Shown here: piece by piece, positions 1 through 11,572 of the stretch
Position numbering within the stretch: position 1 is the first letter of the stretch
Layout: each line of letters begins with the position of its first letter
Source: Asterias rubens
Taxonomy: Eukaryota
NCBI RefSeq assembly: GCF_902459465.1
Contig: NC_047064.1
Span: forward strand, 7,068,001 to 7,132,000
DNA length: 64,000 bases
Direction: 5' to 3'
Notes under the pieces: generated by a model
Seen by the model: the letters and a program-made list of their open reading frames with translations, nothing else
What the model was told of the DNA's origin: nothing
The model's database searches: none
Made by a program: the position numbers and the translations under genes

Positions 1-238
1 TTAAAAAGTGAAATTTTTACAGAGAAAACATGTCACAAAAACACGGAAAATGTTCATGTTATGAATGTCGGCAACAGTCCCCAATTAGTATGTATGGATA
101 GATTATTTCATATTCTACCTGGAAATGTTTAAAGCGAGACCGGATCGTTCCTAGTCCAGTCAGGATACAGCGATTTCCACCGCTAATCCAAATCTCACAT
201 TACGAAAAAGTCAACTATTAGACAGAATGGTTTTCTTG

Positions 239-513
239 CACGGGTGATTGGCTGACGATGACATCATCGACTGATAGGGCAGCATGCTGTTTTTCGCTGG
301 CATGGTACCTTGACCACCAAGCCTAAGTTAATAACTGACAAAAGCGCCCGTCTATACCATGGGCTGTATGAGCGGATTCCTCATTCAGCCCATAGTATAG
401 ACGGGCGCTTTTGTTATTGAATAACTTAGGCTTGGTGGTCAAAGTACCATGCCAACGAAAAACAGCATGCTGCCCTATCAGTCGATGATGTCATCGTCAG
501 CCAATAACCCGTG
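239..513. mobile_element. Hairpin MITE (about 128-bp arms, 19-bp loop) in intron 1 of CYP A
   Basis: 239-366 is the near-perfect reverse complement of 386-513 (cacgggtgattggctgacgatgacatc...gatgtcatcgtcagccaataacccgtg). TSD not identified. Confidence 0.75.
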
Positions 514-854
514 AAAAGGCAAAAAAAAGACTGAATTTCAGAAGCCCTTTGTACTAGTTAATATTCAAACCAAGGTCACGCATGAAAAATCACGCCTACT
601 CGCGCAGATAAATGACAAAGGTGACTTATTAAGTTGAGTGTTCTGCGGGTGGACTGCTATACATTGCGTGTTACGAACCTCTAAACATAATGAGAAGTTG
701 AGATAATGATACTGGTTAAACCATACAACACTGTTTGTACTGCGTTCTAGGCGATTAGCGGCGTTTCCGTATAGTTGGTTGTTCAAGCTGTACAAAGGAA
801 TTCATATGACGAAAGACAGTTGTTGTATCGTATAGTTATTTCTTCTTCAATTAG

Positions 855-2199
855 GTGTGGTCAACTCTTCTGGTGACAGCTGGTCTCAGCAGAGGAAGTT
901 TTGTCTGTCAGTACTGAGAGGGTTGGGCGTGTGGAGGTCAAGCTTCGAGGACGCCATCGCTACCGAGGCAGGGTGCCTCATCAACGGTATCAAGGAACAC
1001 GAGGGGAACCCATTCAATCCAGCTCATTTGTTAGGTAATGCTGTCTCGAATGTCATCTGCTCCGTTACCCTGGGTAAAAGATTCGACTACTCTGATCCAA
1101 AGTTCCAGCAACTGCTGAAGTTGATGAACCGTAACTTCGAACTAAATAAAGGTGGACAGGTGTATCTTGTTCTACCCATCATGGATTATTTGTCATTCAT
1201 GTCAGATTTCAAAGAAATGAAGAGTAACGTACACTTGATTCTCGAGTGCCTCCGGGAGAACGTGGAGGAATTAACACCGAGGCAATGTAGATGCCGACAT
1301 TTTGAATGATTTCATTGACGTCTTCATCAGAGACACTCACGTCAACGAGACCAAGAACACCAGGAGTTACATTACCATAGATAATATGTTGCTGACATCC
1401 CTGGACCTCTTTGCGGCCGGAACAGAGACTTCATCAACCACCCTCCGCTGGGCTTTGCTATACATGATGGCCTACCCTGAGGCACAAACCAAGATACAAC
1501 AGGAAATAGATGAGATCGTGGGTAGAAATCGTCTACCACGCCTCGCAGACAAACCTCAGCTACCATACACTGAGGCGACCATCCTTGAGGTGCAGCGTCT
1601 GGCGTCCATTGTGGCTGTTAACCTTCCTCACAGGTTCTCCGAGGATACCAGCCTACTTGGCTACGATATCCCAAAGGGGACAATGCTCATTGCTAATCTT
1701 TGGGCGGTCAGCCGAGATCCATCGATCTGGTCAGATCCAAACAAATTTAATCCGGAGAGATTTCTTGACGAAGCTGGCTCCTTGAAGCCGAGGGAGGAGC
1801 ATCTGCCTTTTAGTACAGGCAACACGACCGATCCAATTCTATCCCATCATCAAAAAACAACTGCATTCAAACATGGGGAAAAACAAGTACACAAGAGACT
1901 CAGTGATGGAACACGAGACTTTAACAAAGATGATCTTTCGGAAACAATCGTATTACATTAACCGCTTGAATATGTTGATACAAACTTAATTTGGTATTGT
2001 TCTTGTTTCCATTGCAGGTCGTCGGGTGTGTCTTGGAGAGCAGCTTGCCAAGATGGAGCTGTTCATCTTCTTCTCACATTTACTGCATCAGTTTTCCTTC
2101 AAGAAACTGGATGATTCTCAACCTTTATCTTTCGAGGCTACCAATGGCCTCACGTTAGCTCCGATTCCATTCGAAGTTTGTGCCATTCCTAGAGAGTAA
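855..2199 (+). pseudogene. Cytochrome P450 clan 2 (CYP2-like) gene A, exons 2-3; frameshifted (pseudogene or null allele); exon 1 lies upstream of the window
   Basis: Exon 2 855-1818 (after ttag acceptor) and exon 3 2018-2199 (TAA). Motifs: WSQQR C-helix, AGTETSST I-helix, EVQR (ExxR), PERF, PFSTG|RRVCLGE heme loop. Exon 2 is 964 bp versus 960 bp in all four paralogues because of an extra TTAA at 1271-1274, which splits the ORF (857..1309 / 1302..1961). The exon-2 donor is GC instead of GT. Confidence 0.9.
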
Positions 2200-3162
2200 A
2201 TGGACCAACAATCAACCCACAATCTCTTCGCTTGCAGAGGAATGCTTTGTTTTACACTCCTCTTGATTGTTAATCATGGCTATGATAATAAATTCACATT
2301 ATTACTAGGGTGACTGGATTGTGATTATGTAAAAAGCTGTTTTATTGTTTTGTTTCTGAGGTTATTCGATATTTTAAAAGATTTTAAAGAATAACAAAAA
2401 AGAAAAAAATTCAGTTGTAAATAGTAATACCAAAATGTGTACTCAGAATTTAAGAGAAGGTTTCTTGAGCATTTTGATGGTGTATTATTAATTTCCTTTT
2501 GTTGTTGTAATTGTTAACTTTCAGTACGAGGCAACAAACAGGTGGAACTATTTTATATAGACAACGTTGAATTTGTTTTGGTAAAACACTTAAAGGCGTC
2601 CCGGGCCTAGAGCCTTGCGTTATCCGATGCGTTGTAAATGAGGGTCAATTCAATACCTTCTTAAATCTACATTACAACGAAATGGGGAAAAGAGCCGTCC
2701 TTGCTTAATTAAAAAAAGACTCAGTATCGTTAAAGTCTTGTAAAAGGCAGTAGAAATGGGTGGAACATAGTTCTGTTAAGGGCTTGGCCAAAATATGAAT
2801 GCTGCGTTTGCACAGACCATCTGACTCACGTTTACATAATAATGTTGTATGCTGGGATACCAAGTGCGCCCTCTTTGTTCTTGGGTCTGATACAACTTTG
2901 CTATTTGCATATATTTTGTTTACTAAAAAAATACTAAAGTTTGTGTCCCCTGATCTTTGGACCTTTCGCTTTTCCGTTTTAACATGACCGAGTAACAGCA
3001 CCAAATCTGTTTTGGTTTGTAGTTGTCTCTCCAGGTCCTCTTGACGGTTATTATTATCATGCGAGAAGTATCATGTTGAGGTTTATGCCAAGTCATTATT
3101 TTTGTTAGAGTGTGTTACAATGCAAGTTTAACAAGCACTCTGTATAGTAAGCAATGTGTTAA

Positions 3163-3515
3163 AGGCAGTGGACACTATTGGTAATTATTCAAAATAAGTG
3201 TTGGCATAAAAACTATACTTGCATGGTAACGAGCAATGGAGAGCTGTTGATAGTCTAAAACATCGTGAGAAACAGCTCTCTCTGAAGTAACGTAGTTTTC
3301 GAGAAATATGTAATTTTTCACGTGATTTTTGAGACCTCAGAATAAGGTTTTGAGGTCTGAAATCAAGCATCTGAAAGCACACAACTTCGTGTGACAAGGG
3401 TGTTTTTCATTCATAGTCATTTGGCAACTTCGACGACCAATTGAGCTCAAATTTTCACAGGTTTGTTATTTTATGCATATGTTGAGATACACCAAGTGAA
3501 AAGACTGGTCTTTGA
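3163..3515 (+). mobile_element. TTAA-flanked MITE family 1 (Kolobok-like), 3'-truncated copy
   Basis: ttaa|aggcagtggacactattggtaatt terminus and shared internal sequence. Confidence 0.75.
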
Positions 3516-4231
3516 ACCTGTTATACCATTATACATTCTAGTCGAGTTTACTCGTTTGTGATGTGATTGTGTATTATGGACCGTACATCACGTTACTGTA
3601 TTCCATTAAATTAGTTGCATGAGATAATTTTATCTTTTATACATGTTGTATATTCTCTGTAAATGCTTGTTCTTTGTTTGTAGAGGGCCGTTCGCCAACC
3701 CCATACGACGTGGCCATTTTGTCCATCTATTTGTCATTGAGAAACGCTTTGTTGAGGGACATGACGTAGATATTTTACCAATAAAACTAATTTCAATGTG
3801 GTCGCGCTTTTTTGAGATATCGCCGACAATCCTGAGCGAAAAAAAAAACGTCCATGCAGGAAGAATAATCCCATTATAGGAATACACACTTTGTCCAAGA
3901 TTCAAATTTTGGTACATAAAAACTGATTTTTTTTAATATATTTTTTATAACCACATTAATTCGAAGAGAAATGTTTCTCAAAACACTTTATAAACGACCA
4001 ATACTTATTAACTTAAAGAGTGATCACCAAACGTATACCTCCCCTTTAACGGCTTACCCACAGTATCAGCCACTGTGCAATCCCCAAATGTCCCATTGTG
4101 ATGTCAGTGTGTGACAACCTTTCAATAATTTGCCAACAAACGGAATGTTATATTTTACTCAGCAAGGCAGTGATACCCAACACAAATACCACGTGATGTT
4201 TACCTGAACCCTGCTGGGAATGACTGTTTAA

Positions 4232-4502
4232 AGGCACTCGACACTATTGGTAAATACTCAAAATAAGCGTTTTTAGCATAAAGTTACATAAAACATTAGC
4301 ATAACTTACTAGGTAACGAGGAAAGCTGTTGATAGTATGAGAAACGGATCTCTCAGAAGTAACGTTTTAGTTTTTGAGAAAGAGGTAAGTTGCAACTATC
4401 GATTGAGCCCAAATATTCACAGGTTTGTTATTGCATGCATAATGTTGGGACACCAGGTGAAAATACTGGTCTTTTGGCAATTACTAAACGTGTATAGTGC
4501 CT
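4232..4502 (+). mobile_element. TTAA-flanked MITE family 1, internally deleted copy about 330 bp upstream of CYP B ATG
   Basis: TTAA at 4228-4231 and 4503-4506; termini AGGCAC...GTGCCT. Confidence 0.7.
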
Positions 4503-4834
4503 TTAACAAGCAAATCTGCAGGCCCCTAGATATTTGGCAAGTTGGCAAAGTGGGGTCGCATCATTCGATCAAGGTTATTCAAACACAACTCGATATTGAA
4601 ATAGTCTGGGTCAGTATGCAAAATTTAAGAAAAGGGATCATTGTTGAGATTATTCTGATAGAAATTGTTGACGGATTAAGGTGCTGCGTGACACAATGCT
4701 AAAGGTTGCACGTCCCACGGCTAATAATCAACCCATAGAGCAGTGAAGAGGGAGTCGTTTCGTGCACAGGGTATACAAGTTGAGTTCTGAGACCTCCAGT
4801 TTTGTTTGCTCTGAATTGACAAACAGAACACACC

Positions 4835-7800
4835 ATGGCGTTTCTACTTGGGATAATTAGCTTATTGACTGCCAAGTCAGTGATAGTTGGGTTGATAGCT
4901 CTCCTCATAGCTACATGGTTTTACCGACGGCCGAGAAATCTTCCTCCTGGCCCGACTGGATGGCCCCTTCTTGGCTACTTCCCAAATCTAATCTTGGCCG
5001 GGGACGAGTACAAGAACATTACCCGACTTGCTAAGACCTACGGACCGGTGTTTAGTATGAATCTAGGCGGTACATTGGTGGTGGTCGTCAACAGCTTCGC
5101 TTCCATCAAGGAAGCTCTTGGTCACCCAAACACCGCAGCTCGTCCACCCACAAGCTTCTACAGGAAGATGACGAATGATCCAGAGGCCATAAGTAAGTTT
5201 TGCTTTAATACACTTTCCAAACCGCTATAATAACACATTATGCTGGGGACAGCAAACATGTTACAGATTCACTTTGGTCTAAAAACATTTACATTGAATT
5301 AGTATTGGAGAACTTAGCCGTGTCGCAATTTGTTTGTGAATAATTTGCAACAATGGAACAATTCAATAATATATGCCTGAAAATTTGCGAAACTGTTTGC
5401 AATATGGCGAAACAAGCCATGAACATCAACGTCAACAATTATCTTCGATGTCCACTATTGATGAATTGCACATAGCGTCACCGACCGCTATATTTGATGA
5501 AACATTGAAAAGGTGCACGCTACAACTGTCAGCCAATGGTATTATCATTTCACGCGTACATATCAAAGATGGTGGTCAATGACGTCATGTGCAATCCATC
5601 TTTGTACAGCCTTTATTCATACTTTTTACATCATGCGATGCGGTTTATGACGTCACAGCCCTGTTCGCTGCGAATTTTTGGCAGGGGAATTGCCCTACAT
5701 GCGTACTTCCGAATTATTCGTTGCGAATTATTTGTGGCTTCAAAAGGAGGTATAAAGGTTAACAAATAAATAACCAAATACAAAAATATCGTTATATCTG
5801 GGAAAAAAAGAAAATTAACATCTCAGAGTTAACATAGAGAAGATAAGCCGGCAATCAAAACTTTAGTTTGAATGAAACTGCGGTTAGTCTTATTTTTAAG
5901 TAGGTTTAAGAAAACACAGTTTGTTGGTTTATGATCACCTGTCCTTGATCTTGTAGTTAAAGCCAATTGTATCCATTCAGTCTGCCCCAATGTCAGGTTA
6001 TTTGTGTATTTAAAGGATTGTTATACAGAATTGGTAAGAAAACAAAATCGTGAAGATCACAGATTTACACGTACACGGTCTAATGATGACGATAGTACAA
6101 AAACATCCCTTGAAATATTTCTACCTGAAATGTCATATTTGATGAGAAATAAATAATTTGCTTAGTAGTCTATCGCTCAGTGAGCGTTTTGTTCATTTTG
6201 TTGTTTGCATATTTAATGTCATGCAAAATGTGTAATCGGTTTTTCACTATTTTCTCATGACCCTGATGGATGATCGTTCTCTAACGTCTACAGGTTTGAC
6301 AGTTCATGTATATTGTGTATTAATACATTAAGTGCAGTGCCAGCAACTGTTTTGTTAGCAAAACCAATTCTGTAATTTTCCCAACTGCATAAATAGTTTA
6401 CAATAAAATGTAATCCGTTTGGTTGTTGCCGTTGCTCCACCATATATGCATCATGGAGGAATAATGGTTCTATAGAGCTGGTCTAAAAGGGGCCAAATAA
6501 GAACGGGACGCAAGTATGAACACGAATCTCCTTGGACAGAGGCTTTAACACACAGGGAGAATTTTGTTTTTATGTAATTAGTGTTGTTCTTCTCCAAAGG
6601 TGTAGGTAACGCCTCCGGTGAGAACTGGTTCCAGCAGAGGAAGTTTTGTCTGTCAGTACTGAGAGGGTTGGGCGTGTGGAGGTCAAGCTTCGAGGACGCC
6701 ATCGCAACAGAGGCAGGGTGCCTCATCAACGGCATCAAGGAACACAAGGGGAACCCATTCAATCCAGCTCTTTTGTTAAGTAATGCTGTCTCGAATGTCA
6801 TCTGCTCCGTTACCCTGGGTAAAAGATTCGACTACTCTGATCCAAAGTTCCAGAAACTGCTGAAGTCAATGAGCCGTAACTTCGAGCTTAGTGGCGGCGG
6901 AGAGATGTACACGTACCTACCCATCATGGAGTACTTGTCATTCACGTCAACTTCCAGAGAAATGGAAGGTAACATACGTTCAATTATCGAGTTCATCCGG
7001 GAGAGCGTGGAAAACCATCGAAGCAATTTAGACCTCGAGAATCCGAAAGATTTCATCGATGTCTTCCTCAGAGAGATCCACGACAATAACAATGAGAATA
7101 GAAAGGAGTACATTACCATGGACAATATGTTGCTGACGTGTTTTGACCTATTTACGGCTGGAACAGAGACTGCATCAACCACCCTCCGCTGGGCTTTGCT
7201 GTACATGATGGCCTACCCTGAGGTACAAGCCAAGATACAACAGGAAATAGATGAGATCGTGGGTAGAAATCGTCTACCACGCCTCGCAGACAAACCACAG
7301 CTGCCATACACTGAGGCGACCCTCCTTGAGGTGCAGCGTCTGGCGTCCATTGTGGCTGTCAACCCTCCCCACATGTTCTCCGAGGATACCAGACTACTTG
7401 GCTACGATATCCCCAAGGGGACATTGATTATTGCCAATCTTTGGGCCGTCAGCCACGATCCATCCACCTGGTCCGATCCAGAAAAATTCATCCCGGAGAG
7501 ATTTCTTGACGAGGCTGGTTCCTTGAAGCCAAGGTTGGAACTTCTGCCCTTTGGTTCAGGTAAATTTTCAAGTAGAACAGTCAAATACTTTTCACATCAA
7601 ATAATAACAATTGCATTGTTTGAACATAGGGCAAAAACAGTATCCAATAACATTTCAGTTGAATACGAAACTTTGCCAGTGATGTGCTTTTTACATTAAC
7701 CTCTGAGAAATTTTGATACCAAATATATTTTTAACTTTTCTGGTTTTTTTTGTTTGTTTTCCTTGCAGGTCGCCGGGTGTGTCTAGGAGAGCAACTTGCC

Positions 7801-7950
7801 AAGATGGAGCTGTTCATCTTCTTCTCACATTTACTGCATCAGTTCTCCTTCAAGAAACCGGATGATTCTCAACCATTATCTTTCAAGGCTATCAACGGCG
7901 TCACGTTGGCTCCAATTCCATTCGAAGTTCGCGCCATTCCTAGAGAGTAA
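4835..7950 (+). CDS. Cytochrome P450 clan 2 (CYP2-like) gene B, intact, 499 aa
   Basis: Exons 4835-5192, 6600-7559, 7769-7950 (358+960+182=1500 bp), all GT-AG. N-terminal membrane anchor, PPGP proline cluster, WFQQR, AGTETAST, EVQR, PERF, PFGSG|RRVCLGE. Confidence 0.95.
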
Positions 7951-8264
7951 AATGGACTCACACAACTCCACAACCTTTTTGCCTGGGGGAGGAATACAAC
8001 GTGGTTTCACGAGATGTTCATCTTCGATTTACTACGCGTTTATACTCCCCCAATGCTTCGGCACGTGTTTATATAATGTTTTCTCAATTCACAAATAGTT
8101 GCTTGGCTGAACTGTTATTATTGCATCACCTGTTTTATTAGATTTTAAAACATTTTTCATTAGATTTAAAAGATCAGTTGGAAATTGGTTATTTCAACAT
8201 GCGGTCCAAAAGTTAAAAGAGACTATCCTGAACACATAACTGTGTATTTTATCACCAGGAATAC

Positions 8265-8632
8265 TTTGGCTTCCGTCAGTATGTTTGGGCAGCTTCGTAG
8301 AGCCGCGGTCCCAAGCGACTGGAACGAGAGACCACACAAACAAGTGGCGAACACGAGGCTCTTTTCCAACTTTTTTTGCGGTATATTATGTGTCTTTATA
8401 ATCTCGACTTTTGCTACCCAAAAGGGTAACAAAAGTCCAAACCAATGAGAAGCGACGGGGTCAGCGAGTCAGCAAACAATAATGCACGTTCCATGCTCTA
8501 TACATAATTCATAAACAAAACCGCAAAACAAGTTGGAAAAAACCATCGTGGCTTCGCCACTCGCGTGTGTTGCCTCCCGCTCCAGTCGATTGGGCCGGCT
8601 CTACGAAGCTGTCCAAGCCACGGTGAAGGCCT
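8265..8632. repeat. Degenerate inverted repeat (about 115-bp arms) downstream of CYP B
   Basis: gggcagcttcgtagagccg...tggcgaacacgag...ttccaact (about 8265-8385) versus agttggaa...ctcg...cggctctacgaagctgtcca (about 8518-8632). Confidence 0.6.
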
Positions 8633-11572
8633 TGGACAAAAGGTTGTGTGGGGCAGAGCCGATACCAAGTGCGCCCTCAGTTGTTTTTGAGTCTGATGCA
8701 GTTTTCCTATTTGCATATTAATTTGCATATAAATAATTGCTGACCTTTTCAACTTTGATTAATGTAGGCTATTCTTTTCTTGTTATGTATACCCAGTGTA
8801 AGTCACCGTAACTTAGTAAGTGCACTCTGCTCATTATTATTATCAACCATCCAACTAAAAACGCATTTCTTATCTTTTGCCTCTCCTCGCTCATTGTATT
8901 TGCACTTTAGTCATGTTGTAGTTATATAAGTTTTTAAAGGCCAAACATCCAGTTCTCTATGAATTTATAAAATATATCAACTTATTTCATGTCTCCTGCC
9001 TTTACTTGCTCGTAATAACTTCTGCATTTTAGTCATTCATGCCTGTTGTTGTTTTCCCCGATATTTTGAGTGTATTCTTGTAGGCGCACCATGAGCACTC
9101 TGAGTGTAGATAAACATGTGCGTGTTACAAGTCTTTGATGTTACTATTATTTTACTCTTTCCAAATTAAAGAGAGCTTTCATTGCTCTAATGATTCATAC
9201 AGAACCCATCAAGTTATTTTGTTGATAACATGAAAATATGAGAGATAGAGTCATCGTTATTGCACTGCACGATATAACTGGTTGTAGCCAAGCAAGCCAT
9301 TGACTTATGATTTTTACAAATAATAGTAGGTTTGTGCTTTGCTAATTTTGAAAAATTAGTACATCAACAAATTTAAGTGGGGGTTTAAATTCTTCTTGAA
9401 GTTTAATTCTGTTTAAATGTTCTCTGTAGTTATGCCACTTAGCTCCTTCGTTGGTCCGAGAAAAAAAAACAACCTTTTTGAATGCACAATGAGTTTACCA
9501 TAACAAAAGCACAACACCGTAGGCGAACATACCAAAACAGCAAACACAACAACAATGATCGATTTGAATATTTCATTCGATTTATTTGTAGCAAGTATAA
9601 TCAAACTACATAAATTTACATTTTCATTATTATCTAAGCAGATTGAAGTATGTGGCATGGCTCTTCCTGATAATTTATTTCCTCATCGTGTTGAGCCGAG
9701 TACTGATTTATTCCACACAATATTCGACGGCGCAGACAACCGAGTGTAACAAAAAATTGATTAAAACTTGAAACTTTGAACTATTTTGCTGAGTATGCCC
9801 TACGAATAGCAGAGAGCCGCCTTCACCTTTCCTTTGTGAAGTTCCTTCTAGTGCGATAAGGCATAAATTTACCACAAATAACATGTGCATTTTTACTGCC
9901 TTCAAATCAAACGTGAAATAAGGTGTTTTTCTTCACATTCAAATAAGTTACAAGTCGACACTTCGAAATTAACTAAGAAGTTCGTTGCATCATCATACCT
10001 TGTGCATTATTGTGACTTCATTTGAGTAGGGCGCCCTCACGTGAATGTCATAATTATGGGCTGCTCATTGGCTACTCCTTGTTTCGTCATCTTTTAAAGA
10101 TGGCGGCAATTGACGTCATTGCATTTTACATCTACGGCAATCTACTGGTATTAAGTTTTTAAGGACTGAGGTTTTTGCGCCAAGTTACTGAAACTTGCAA
10201 ATATCAAAAATATTAATACTGGGAACAAAAATTAAAAAAGAAAATCTAAATCCTAAAAAAATCAATTTAAAAGGTTAGGCTTCATCTATGATCTACTAAC
10301 AAAATTTAGTTTAATCTTCCACCAAGTTAAAGGACAAAATCTTACATTTTTTACAATCATCTGAAAAATGAAAATATAGAAAACTCTGGGGAGGGTAGCC
10401 TTCTTGAGCGCAAAAAAATATGAAGAAAGACGAGAAACTGATAAACATAATTTCCACTACTAATAAGATAATGAAAAACACGTCAATGATAAAATGTTAT
10501 TTTTTGTAAAAATATCCACAATTAGATGAATATCATTGTGCCTTGCCTAAGATGAAAAAACCCATCAGTGTTCTAATAAAACGGTTGGTGTTTATACTTA
10601 TTAAGTTGGTGTTAGGAAAGAGTTACTTCACAAATTCTTCCTGTTCACCCATTGCCTCTACAATACATTTGACATTAATTTAAAAAAAAATCAAATAAAA
10701 AAAGAACAGGAGTGGCAGCAACTTGCAGAAAACTGTATTTAGCCTGTGGACAAGATTGCCACTACAAAACTACATCATTTCTAGAGATTGTTAAACAGCC
10801 CATTTCAAATCTCATTCACACAAATTTGTACAATCATGTACATAGAGTGAATAATTTGAAGAGAACATGACTGCTGCTGCTGGGAAAATACAATTTCATA
10901 GTGTAAGCCATATCCAGATGAGCGGCTACGACTTGAGTGTCACATGAACAAATGATGAAACATAGAAGGACCATAGCACCAGCTTTTAGCAACAGTCGTA
11001 GCCGTAGCCACAACTGCCGACTTGCACTTCAATCACCAAGACGGTCAGGTCCCTGTTGCACACAGGGCACAAGACAACCATGGCAGCAGTGTGATAACTT
11101 GAACAAATCTATACAATTTAACAAAAGTACAGGCTCTAGGTGAAATATTCACCACTTTGCATAGACATCAAGAATACTTGGACGAGTAGCGGTGAACTAG
11201 AGAATCAACAGTATCAAAAAGCCCTAAAATTGCAATGAACTTGTTGTGTGACAGAGTTCATAGCGCTCAATCAAACTGGATACAAGAGCGACATTGAAGG
11301 TAACAAGATAACTTTCTCAAGAGCAGGTTTTTAAATATAAATGCCAGTCAAAAAATTACATTAGAAGAAAGGTAGTGGCTAAGGCTTCCAAAGATGGACA
11401 CAAAACATTGTTTTTTAAATATATTTTCTGTGACACAGCTATGTATGATGGAACTTGAAACATCATTCCCATATGATGAATATGCAGTGATAGGCCAATG
11501 CAGCTGGTGGGGCAATACATTACAGCAGACTATTCCTATACCAGGGCGGGATATGTATAAGATGAGCTATTC

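Noticed and set aside
1271-1274. TTAA insertion in CYP A as a piggyBac/Kolobok excision footprint
   Set aside because: A TSD footprint needs a pre-existing TTAA, but the paralogue-inferred ancestral sequence (gaggaacaccga) has none. The origin is unresolved.
1819-1961. C-terminal extensions of the long CYP ORFs (e.g. GNTTDPILSH..., GKFSSRTVK..., GKKNQHT)
   Set aside because: Read-through into intron 2. The heme Cys is in exon 3, so these are not alternative C-termini without transcript evidence.
9708-9905. Minus-strand ORF with a signal-peptide-like start as a secreted peptide gene
   Set aside because: No recognisable domain, no supportable downstream exons, and hydrophobic short ORFs are common in AT-rich DNA. 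Kept only as context for the motif-cluster finding.
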